Below are positions 1 through 10,553 of a stretch of 64,000 nucleotides of DNA, piece by piece; the stretch's first letter is position 1; the number at the start of each line of letters is the position of its first letter. Both the position numbers and the translations under genes were made by a program. The notes under the pieces were generated by a model, which saw only the letters and a list, made by a program, of their open reading frames with translations, was not told the DNA's origin and ran no database searches. The DNA is from Octopus sinensis (Eukaryota), in contig NC_043011.1 in assembly GCF_006345805.1 (NCBI RefSeq), positions 1,550,001 through 1,614,000 on the forward strand, in the 5' to 3' direction.

Positions 1-44
1 AATATATATATAATATATATATATATATTTATATGAATATATAT

Positions 45-75
<31 letters not shown>

Positions 76-100
76 TTATATGAATATACATAGATATATG
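1..100. repeat. (TA)n microsatellite
   Basis: Interrupted TA dinucleotide run. Confidence 0.9.
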
Positions 101-841
101 TTAGAAGGTGAACATTTAATATTCAACGAGCAGAGGGGAAATCAATTCCTCTGGCAGAGCTTGATGTGATCTTTCTACATTATTTAATGTATTCATATGT
201 GCTCTTTAAGTTTCATGGTGAGGCAATCTAATAGAATACAAATGAGTTTGCCATCCAATTCATCAGGCAAAACAAACATGACTATTCATGAGCAAACAAG
301 AATGCTAAGCGAGGAGAACAAGAAGGAAGATAGTATATATATATATATATATATATATATGCAAAGGACCATAACTCACTTTTCCTAACCATGTTATATT
401 TCTTAGAATGTCTAAGCATTTCTAGTGGAGAGTGTTCCTAATTTTGGTAATCAATTTTGTATTTGTGATAGATGCAAAGTTTACTTGATATGAAGGTTAA
501 GTTAATTTGTATAAGCAATTTTTTGTATTTAACAGTTATTTAGTATGCAATCCTTCTATTTCTTTTCCTTTTACTACAAAGTGCAAGAGGTGATAAATTT
601 GTGAAGGTCAAATATATGAAAGTCTAATGTTGTGAAAGGTGAAGTTTATGAAGGTCTATATTTAACTTGGATTCCTTTGAATGCTATTTTAATAAAATAA
701 GTGAAGCCTAGATATTATAGAGATGTGTAATGTATCTAAATTTGTAAGTATCAAGTGCATGCCTGCATGAGTCCTGATCTGAGTGAAATTTTCCAATCTG
801 CTTCTTTGAACTTGTCAGTTCACAGACACCTATTAAAGTAC

Positions 842-1008
842 CTGCCTTTGGTGATTAGGTAAATTGATCGGTTGGGTAAGCTTTTCAACCCATCCAGTAT
901 GTACACTTTCTCCTCTATGCAAAATTGCCATTTCCCATTGACATATGATCTAAATCCTTTGAGAATTGTCCTTCTGATACCATAACCAATGTTGTGCTGT
1001 CTCAGTTT
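842..1008 (-). other. Open frame KLRQHNIGYGIRR...NGKWQFCIEEKVYILDG; possible LINE APE endonuclease remnant or exon
   Basis: 167-nt open frame between tttAG and GTactt; FCxExKxxILDG resembles the APE 'FCxxxxLxILNG' segment. Confidence 0.25.
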
Positions 1009-1028
1009 CTAAATATAGCTGACCAATA

Positions 1029-1436
1029 GGCGCAGGAGTGGCTGTGTGGTAAGTAGCTTGTTTACCAACCACATGGTTCCGGGTTCAGTCCCACTGCGTG
1101 GCATCTTGGGCAAGTGTCTTCTGCTATAGCCTCGGGCCAACCAAAGCCTTGTGAGTGGATTTGGTAGACAGAAACTGAAACAAGCCCGTCGTATATATGC
1201 ATATATATATGTATATATATGTGTGCGTGTATCTTTGTGTTCGTCCCCCTAGCATTGCTTGACAACCGATGCTGGTGTGTTTAAGTCCCCATCACTTAGC
1301 AGTTCGGCAAAAGAGACTGATAGAATAAGTACTGGGCTTACAAAGAATAAGTCCCGGGGTCGAGTTGCTCGATTAAAGGCGGTGCTCCAGCATGGCCACA
1401 GTCAAATGACTGAAACAAGTAAAAGAGTAAAAGAGT
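1029..1436 (+). mobile_element. Full-length tRNA-derived SINE (family 1, octopus-type)
   Basis: A-box-like TGGCTGTGTGG, B-box GGTTCAGTCC, internal TA/TG tract, AAAAGAGT tail; several homologous copies in the window. Confidence 0.85.
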
Positions 1437-1659
1437 AATGTCATTGTAGTCAGAAAGATGCATAGTGATTATAAAATTCTTACTTGCAACTACGTTTTTT
1501 CCAAAGGGTTTGGTTGAGGTAACATTGGCCCCATACATGACCAATTTTACATTTGCATGTCATGTCTAACGCTTATTCTTTCTAACTTTTCCATATGTAG
1601 GCATTTTTTTTACTTAATGAATAAGATGGCTGGCACATATTTACAGTGCAGTTAGGTTA

Positions 1660-1726
1660 TACATACATACATACATACATACATACATACATACATACAT
1701 ACATACATACATACATACATACACAC

Positions 1727-1757
<31 letters not shown>

Positions 1758-1957
1758 TACATACATACATACATACATACATACATACATACATACATAC
1801 ATGCAAGCATGCATGCATACATGCATGCATACATACATACATACACACATGCATACATACATACATACATACATACATACATACATACATACATACATAC
1901 ATACATACATACATACATACATACATACATACATACATACATACATACATACATACT
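1660..1957. repeat. (TACA)n microsatellite
   Basis: ~300 bp TACA array; source of the YIHT/MYVC ORFs. Confidence 0.95.
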
Positions 1958-1967
1958 TGCATGCCTA

Positions 1968-2300
1968 CAGACAGACATTGTTGTATGGGACCACAAGAAA
2001 AAAGCTCTGTTGTGGAAATCAGTTGCCCTCTGAATACCAGTGTGATCAGAAAAATATAGGAGAAAGCAGACATCTGTGGACCATTGACAAAGTGTTTGCA
2101 AATGGAGTACCCAGGATACATTTTCAGATTCATACCTATTACTTTGGAGCAACAGGATATAAACCAACCTACCTGGGGCAAAGCATGGCTGAACTTGGAT
2201 TTCTTAGGAAGAGAATGCAGCTTCTTAATTCATACACTACAACTGATTATGATATCTGGGACAATAAAAATCTGAAAAAATTTTATAAGATTTAAAGGAT
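1968..2300 (+). mobile_element. 3' remnant of an RLE-type non-LTR retrotransposon (R4/Dong/NeSL-like)
   Basis: Frameshifted DIVVWDHKKK / SVVEISCPLNTSVIRKI / EYPGYIFRFIPIT / GATGYKP / LIHTLQLIMISGTIKI matches a C-terminal PD-(D/E)xK endonuclease domain. Confidence 0.7.
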
Positions 2301-2574
2301 GATGAACAAAAGATGCTTTCTTTCACAACCTTGCTACCAACCAAGTGGCCAGTCAAAATTAGCTCTACACTAAGGAGAGAAAAATGACATCTATCCATTC
2401 ATCCTAACGATTGTGTATTTGGATATATATGTGAATGTGAGTAGAATTTTAATGTATCTGCACAGAAGACTATAGTGGTCCATCTTGGAAACATTTTAAT
2501 CAGAAATGATGACTTTTAGTTAAAGTTTTGAAAGTAAGATATTAAAGAAATTTAATGCAATTATAGGCAATCAT

Positions 2575-2975
2575 ATAACTGTACAAAATTACAACAGTAG
2601 AGAAAGTTACCTCAGTATAAAAAATGATGTGCAATACAGAAAATAACAACAGTATAAAGAATTACTCAAGTACTGAAAATTTCAACAGCTCATACAATAA
2701 CATCAATACAATTGGAAAAGAAGAGAAAATTAATCAATACAGAAAATTACATCAGCACAAAAAGTTACCACAGTAGAGAGAGTAAGAAGAGTAGAAAAAA
2801 TAAAATCAGTTAAAAGAACAACAAAAATGACATCCGCACATAAAGTTATATGAGTACAGAAAATGATGTTACTTCAGTACAAAAAGTTAGAACAGTATAC
2901 AGAATTGCAGCAGTTTAGAACATTATAATAGTACATGCAATTTCAAGAGTATAGAAAATTTACATCAATATTGGC
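2575..2975. repeat. Decayed 18-bp minisatellite (consensus about CAGTACAGAAAATTACAA)
   Basis: cagta/caata recurring at about 18-nt spacing over ~400 bp. Confidence 0.6.
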
Positions 2976-3439
2976 AGTTACATTATATGCCATGCATCAG
3001 GAATTAAATAAGTTTGTATAAGAATACATTTCCCAGTTTTACTCTAAAATAGACGGTGGTTACAACTACTTAGTGAGAACATACCAGCATGGAACACTTT
3101 TTTTTTTTTTAAACTTCAGAAATATTTCACGGTGTGCTTAAAAATATCTTCTTACATAAAATTTGTATTGTGAAGGTTTTTCCCACTGCACGTTATTCTT
3201 CATAATAAAATATCAGTATTTAATGCTTGGCAGTGGATTTAAAGAGAGATATATGGTGTGGGGTTGTGAAACGTAGAGGTATATGGGTGAAATGAGTAAT
3301 GTATAACAAGGAATATCTGAAAAGCAGAGTTTGTTTAAGTACAGAGAAATCACACGAGGCACAGAAATGGCCATACAATATTTAAATGCTTTGAGTGAGA
3401 GCAAATTTATTGATTCAACAAATGACTTTTCTATAAATG

Positions 3440-3718
3440 GTTCTTCCTTCCTTCCTTCCTTCCTTCCTTCCTTCCTTCCTTCCTTCCTTCCTTCCTTCCT
3501 TTCTTTCCTTCCTTTCTTCCTTGTTTCTTATTTCTCCCCTCTCTCTGTTTCTTTCCTTCTCTCTCTCTTTCTCTCTTTCTTTCCCACTCCTTCCTTCCTT
3601 CTTTTCTCTCTTTCTCTCTTTCTTTTTTTCTTTCTTTCTTTCTTTCCCTCTTCTTCCTTCCTTCCTTCTTTCCTTCTTTTCTTGTTTCTTCTTTCTCCTC
3701 CCTCTCTCTCTCTGTTTT

Positions 3719-3756
<38 letters not shown>

Positions 3757-3790
3757 TTTCTTTCCCTCTTCTTCCTTCCTTCCTTCTTAA
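3440..3790. repeat. Polypyrimidine (CTTC)n/(CT)n tract
   Basis: Direct reading; produces the LPSF and RKEG ORFs. Confidence 0.95.
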
Positions 3791-4405
3791 ATGTTGATTT
3801 TTTCCCCCCCACATCCTTGCTGATGTAGTTTAAAACTAGTATATAACATCAAAAAACAGGGCACAAAAAATTAACTGTAATGGATATCTCATGTATCTAA
3901 GATGTAAAGCATTTGATCTTAAAGAAAAATAAACCCTTCCTACGTAAGGGAATTAGTTTAGGATACACATGATCACTTCCACCATTAATTCCTTCCTTAA
4001 GAACATTAGTAATGAAAGTGAAATAAAATGGATTTGACTGAGAATCAAAACTGCATTACAAACTTCAATTGTTGATATGTTAAGTATTGTTCTCAAAAAA
4101 TTCAAATCTAAGATTTCCTAACCCTATTGTAAAATAAAGATATTGAATAAACAGGTTATAACTATATATTAAATTATGAATGTTATATCTCATTTTGCTC
4201 TCTAACTATGATTCATATATGGGTTATGTAAAATATTCATATAATATCAAAATTATTTTAATGGCTCCTTCTCCATGTTTGCATACATAAGGCAGAATTT
4301 GCCAAGGCAGATTTTGTATTGTTGGCTACCCCTCGGTTGCCAACTCTTACCTGTTTCCAAGCAATGTAATATTTTCCCATGGCCAAAAATATTTTTATAG
4401 AAATA

Positions 4406-4650
4406 GCTGTGATACCAGTGCCAGTGGCACGTAAAAAGCACCATCCGACCGTGGCCATTTGCCAACCCCGTCTGGCACCTGTGTCGGTGGCACATAAAAA
4501 GCACCCACTATACTCACGGAGTGATTGGCATTAGGAAGGGCATCCAGCCATAGAAACATTGCCAGATCAGACTGGACCTGGTGCAGACCCCAGTTGAACC
4601 GTCCAACCCATGCCAGCATGGAAAGCGGACGCTAAATGATGATGATGATG
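4406..4650 (+). mobile_element. RTE LINE 3'-UTR fragment ((GAT)n-tailed family)
   Basis: GGCACGTAAAAAGCACC units, TTAGGAAGGGCATCCAGC, GCATGGAAAGCGGACG+(GAT)n tail; same family is joined to an RTE ORF end at 41.2-41.4 kb. Confidence 0.8.
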
Positions 4651-4714
4651 AAATAAACTAGAAACCAACATTATTTGTGTAATGGTGAGACTGATTTACA
4701 CAAATGATGTTTGT

Positions 4715-5170
4715 GATGTCTAGACAAGGGTACAAACATGCATAAATACACATACATATATAACAAGCTTCTTTCAGTTTCTCTCTGTCAAACCCACACA
4801 CAAAGCTTTACTCAGCCCAAGGCTATAGTAAAAGATACTTACCCAAAGTGCTGTGCTGTAGGACTGGACCTGGAGCCACCTAGTTGGAGAGCAAGCTAGT
4901 TCAACAGTATTGTAATGTATTACTATGTTTAAAATATGAAATGAAATTCTTTCTTTAGTTCTTTTACTTGTTTCAGTCATTTGACTGTGACCACGATGGG
5001 GCACTGCCATTTAGTCTAAGAAACTGACCCCTGGACTTATTCTTTGTAACCCTGGTACTTATTCTCACATTCTCTTTTACCGAACCACTAAGTTACAGGA
5101 ACGTAAACACACCACAATCGGTTGTCAAGCAATGGTGGGGGAACAAACACATACACACAAATATATATAT
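4715..5170 (-). mobile_element. Two family-1 SINE fragments
   Basis: Reverse-complement matches to the head and 3' half of 1029-1436. Confidence 0.75.
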
Positions 5171-5176
5171 AATATA

Positions 5177-5565
5177 CTAGCAGTATCACCTGGTGTTGCT
5201 TGGGTTTGTTTCGACCCTTTAGAATTTAAATTTTTGAAAAGTAAAAATTTTGCATTATGCAGCTTGTTATTCTCTTCAAGTGAACATTTTTCCAGTTGAA
5301 ATACACCGAAAAATGGTGACACAGCAGTCAAAAATCGTAAAAAATAGGGATTTTCATAGAAAAAAAGCCCCTTTTTGATGTAAATAAGTTTTGGTGTTAA
5401 CATGGTCCGATTTGAATTTTATCTTCTACAGAATGAAGAGCAAGCCTTCTTCTATCATACTCTCAATTTTGGTCAACTTGCGCTGAAGGGTCTCGAAGGA
5501 GATAGTGTTAGTTGAAGGCTACCAAACCTGCCACACACAGACAACTTCAGCTTTATATATAGAGA
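5177..5565 (-). mobile_element. Non-autonomous Helitron
   Basis: Minus strand starts TC, ends CTAG, inserted at A|T, with a subterminal GC hairpin remnant. Confidence 0.7.
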
Positions 5566-5569
5566 TTTG

Positions 5570-6270
5570 CTACACACTACTTTCCATCCTTAATAATGAA
5601 ACTTGGTAGATCCAAAAGTTAAACACACAGACACACACACAGACACACAAGTTGAATTTTATATGTATTTAGATTTCTCCACGGGGACTTCAGGGGAGAG
5701 TTTCAGGGAGTCGCTGGCGATGTATCGTGATGATCAAAAATCTGCCCTGCTAAAATTTGGTTAAAGTGATTCAAACTGCAGACTCAACGCAAAATGGTCA
5801 CATTTAATTCAAAGCGTTAAAAATGTTATGAAAATAATTGGTATGTGTTCACAAAGTCCAAACGATTAATACGAAAAAACCCTCCAGGCTACATCCCGAA
5901 AATTCATTTCTTTGCCGAATTTCTAAAATGTTTACGGCGATTCATTTTTATATCTTGATTTTTTATTTTTCATGCAATTTACGCATGCTTGCACGTGTGG
6001 TGAACACAGTTCACGTCAAACAGCTGACTGGGTAAAGTTTACTATTCAATGCATGGGATAAGGCCTAAACAAACACATTATTGATTTTTGCACTTGCGAG
6101 ATGAATTTTCGAACAGAAATAGTGCAGTTCAATTTTCATTCGCCTAAACTTTAAGTGACCCATTTTTGGTGGTTCTACGATTTGTTGGCTAGGAGGAAAA
6201 GTGCCAGGAAGTTAAACACACACAGATACACACACAGACACACAAGTTGAGTTTTATATATATAGATATA
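5570..6270 (-). mobile_element. Nested or tandem Helitron-like 5' ends
   Basis: Two related acacacagacacacaagttga(a/g)ttttatat segments (~5620-5672, ~6212-6268) resembling Helitron-N 5' termini. Confidence 0.4.
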
Positions 6271-6379
6271 TATATATAATATGTATATATCTATCTATAT
6301 ATATATAGATATACATACACACACATACACTAGCAAAGATATCTGGGATTACTTGAGATTAAAATGGCATAATTTTTTT

Positions 6380-6590
6380 TTTTACTTGTTTTGGTCATGT
6401 GATTGTAGCCATGCTGGAGCACCACCTTTACTTGAAGAAATCGACCTCAGGATTTATTCTTTGTAAGCCTAGTACTTATTCTAGAAGTGTGTTTGGTCAA
6501 ACGCCTAAGTTATGGAGACGTAAACACGGCAACATCACTTGTCAAGTGATGCAGGGGTACAAATGCAGACACACAAAAATGGGACAAGAA
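6380..6590 (-). mobile_element. Family-1 SINE 3' half
   Basis: Homology to 1260-1436. Confidence 0.7.
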
Positions 6591-6997
6591 CGCATAACAA
6601 CTAGACAGTTAAAGGATACAAAAAAAACAAAGACGAGTTATTCGGAGTTTTATTTTTTTAGTTTAGTTCAGATTATCTTTGCAATTTTGGCTGGTTGTAC
6701 TCGAGATTGCTCCAATCTGGCCAGCCCCAAGGAAAAACTAAACTAAGAGCATTAGGTTCCTTGGAAGAAAGCAGCGAATCTGTACCAAAACAGAAGAAAT
6801 GGTACACAAATACAAATGCAAATAAAGGACATTAGCAACAAGTGACTTTCGACTAAAGAAGAATTAAATTAAGCTGGCATGTGTGGAAGTGAAGCCTTAT
6901 GGCGGGGACATAAGAGATGATAAGCATAGGTGGGAATATAGATGTTGCATGGTAGTCAAACCAAGAAAAAAAAGGTCAGGCTTGGCCAAACGCTGGT

Positions 6998-7470
<473 letters not shown>

Positions 7471-7842
7471 CACCCACATACCCCAACTCTCCCTTAACCC
7501 TCAGCCTAACCCACACCCCACCCATGCTTTCCCCAATTTCACTTCCCCACCTCCAAACAACATCACAACACACCACCTACACACCAGCACTGACCAATTC
7601 CCATCCCCACATTTTCTCACCTACACATACACACACGCACATGTCAAAACCACCAGCTCTCTTTCACACACGCATACATACTCTCTTACACACACATGCA
7701 CCTTCGTTTTGGGGATCATCTTTACTTTGTTATCTCCCCAAATTCTTCACTCTCCTGTGTGACCCTTCAGTCCGGCAGTCGCTATGATAGATTGATAGCC
7801 ACTACACATATTTTTTTTCTCTCCTTGTTTCTTTCTGTGTTC

Positions 7843-7878
7843 CTTTCTGTAGAAGAGCGTAGGCTCGAAACATAAAAG
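7843..7878 (+). ncRNA. Degenerate hammerhead-like motif in a putative Penelope pLTR-like repeat
   Basis: cttt-CTGTAGA-a-gagc(gtag)gctc-GAAAC-ata-aaag: stems I and II pair but the core has A6>U and the NUH is altered. Confidence 0.3.
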
Positions 7879-8244
7879 ACTTTTTCAATTCCTGAGCGTT
7901 ATACTAATACATCTATTTGTTTTCTACGCCACCTGTCTTTGTCTTTTGTTTTTTTCGTGAATTCTCCCTATATATGTATATAAACATTTTTTTTTCAGAA
8001 TGAAATAAAAAAACCAAGGCTATGAAGATTTTAGAACATTTATAAAAATATTTTAAAATATTCACAGACTTGATTTTTTATTTCATTGTGAAAAAAAATT
8101 TTTCAGATATACACATGCTGATATATGATCTACATTGAACTCCTTATTTGCATAATCACCAAACCTAGAGCTTAACTATGGTCTATACATAGCACTTACT
8201 CAGCATTACCTGACACCTTTGTGTCTTATTGACACCATAACCTT

Positions 8245-8680
<436 letters not shown>

Positions 8681-8787
8681 GAAATTCAAGGTGAGTACTT
8701 GATAATTGTAAGCACCTGTATATACCGTTTGGTGGTGTAGGTGGTGGAGTAAATTAATCAAAATAAAAACATGATGCCAAGGATTCA

Positions 8788-8865
8788 GCAGTACATATGT
8801 TTCGGGCCTTTATTAGACGGATTTATAACAATGCATAATGTGTGTCTATGGCCTTCTTCAGCCGT
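8788..8865 (-). ncRNA. Type I hammerhead ribozyme motif (left arm)
   Basis: cacgg-CTGAAGA-a-ggcc...ggcc-c-GAAACATATGTA-ctgc; stem I weakened by substitutions. Confidence 0.6.
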
Positions 8866-10366
8866 GCACAACTACTACCTCAAGGACATGTATTACATCA
8901 AAAATTCTACGTTGGGGATGCAAATCCTCTCATTCGCGTACAACATAATGCGGCAACAGCATAAAAATGAAGCGTCCATCTCGTCCTTCTCTCAATGTAG
9001 AACGAGGAAGTTTGGATGTTGAGGTAATATAAATAAATGAATAAATAAATATATACATATATAAATACAGACAGACGTGAAGGAACATGGTAATAAGAGC
9101 AAATAGGGATAAAGATGGAGGGGCGAGAATTCAGGACGAAGGATAAAAAAATTTTTTTAAATATATTAAAAAAATATATTAAAAAAATATATAAAAAGTA
9201 TAGAAAAATATAAAAATGTAGAGTATAAAGATATAAAGTGATATAAAATGATATAAAAAAATATATAAAAATATAAATGAATATAAAGGTATAAAGTTAT
9301 AAAAAAATGAAAAAAATAATAAAAAAAAAAAAATAAAAAAAAAAATAAAAAATAAAAAAAATAAAAATGACAAATTCTGGTTGTAGAAGCCTTGGGTGTC
9401 ATAAATCAACCGGGGCATCTGGGGACCTAGTGTATTGTAAATTAGAGTTGTTGAGCCGCTTATCTAGTTCTTCGTAACGTATTAAGTGGTCATCATGTAC
9501 ATACATACACGCATGGATACATACACCCATATACACGCACACATATACGCACGCATACGCAACTACACACATACAGTATGCGTGTAGTTGCGTATGCGTG
9601 CGTATATGTGTGCGTGTATATGGGTGTATGTATCCATGCATGTACGTATGTACATGATGACCACTTAATACGTTACGAAGAACTAGATAAGCGGCTCAAC
9701 AACTCTAATTTACAATACACTAGGTCCCCAGACGCCCCGGTTGATTTATGACACCCAAGGCTTCTACAACCAGAATTTGTCATTTTCCTGACCACCATGT
9801 TTGGTCCGTAACTACTATATATCCCTTATCCTTATATTCTTTTACATTCCTACACTCTTATACCCTTTATACTTCTGATAACTTTTTTATTTTTTAAATT
9901 TTTTAAATTTTTTTTTATTATTTTTTTATAACTTTATACCTTTATATTCATTTATATTATTTTATATTTTTTATATCTTTTTATATCTCTTTATATCTTT
10001 ATACTCTACATTTTTATATTTTTCTATACTTATACTTTTTATATATTTTTTTAATATATTTTTTTAATATATTTAAAAAATTCTTTTATCCTTCGTCCTA
10101 AATTCTCGCCCCTCCATCTTTATCCCTATTTGCTCTTATTACCAGGTTCCTTCACGTCTGTCTGTATTTATATATGTATATATTTATTTATTCATTTATT
10201 TATATTACCTCAACATCCAAACTTCCTCGTTCTACATTGAGAGAAGGACGAGATGGACGCTTCATTTTTATGCTGTTGCTGCATTATGTCGTACGCGAAT
10301 GAGAGGATTTGCATCCCCAACGTAGAATTTTTGATGTAATACATGTCCTTGAGGTAGTAGTTGTGC

Positions 10367-10444
10367 GCGGCTGAAGAAGGCCATAGACACACATTATGCA
10401 TTGTTATAAATCCGTCTAATAAAGGCCCGAAACATATGTACCGC
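10367..10444 (+). ncRNA. Type I hammerhead ribozyme motif (right arm)
   Basis: gcgg-CTGAAGA-a-ggcc-(tagac/gtcta extension)-ggcc-c-GAAA-CATATGTA|ccgc; palindromic stem III ACAUAUGU, GUA site predicted after 10440, 4-bp stem I. Confidence 0.75.
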
Positions 10445-10553
10445 TGAATCCTTGGCATCATGTTTTTATTTTGATATAGATATATATACTTATATATACA
10501 TATGCATTTATATATATATATATATATTATATATATATATATATAAATCTCTC

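Larger units (their letters stand above)
8758..10474. mobile_element. Spacer-less ~1.7-kb palindrome, probably Penelope-like pLTR-derived fold-back
   Basis: Arms 8758-9574 and 9576-10474 are reverse complements around a 1-nt centre (9575); scattered transitions and a ~80-bp indel; hammerhead motifs at both outer ends. Confidence 0.85.

Noticed and set aside
1029-1105. tRNA gene
   Set aside because: A/B boxes are the head of a multicopy SINE; no complete cloverleaf
1801-1823. 23-mer atgcaagcatgcatgcatacatg shared with 16485-16507
   Set aside because: Low-complexity CATG/TACA derivative; chance convergence is plausible
1641-2181. Long YIHT/MYVC ORFs (also 43195-43932)
   Set aside because: Translation of (TACA)n, which has no stops in several frames
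3331-3828. LPSF and RKEG ORFs
   Set aside because: (CTTC)n/(GAAG)n low-complexity tract
5720-5790. C/D snoRNA (TGATGA box C)
   Set aside because: No box D CTGA with a terminal stem at suitable distance; lies in Helitron-like repeat
8771-9022. 83-aa ORF MMPRIQ... present twice (also 10210-10461 on minus)
   Set aside because: Duplicated only because of the palindrome; runs antisense across the hammerhead; no known domain
10452-10553. N-terminus of the 810-aa ORF
   Set aside because: Read-through from the palindrome end and TA repeat, not part of the LINE
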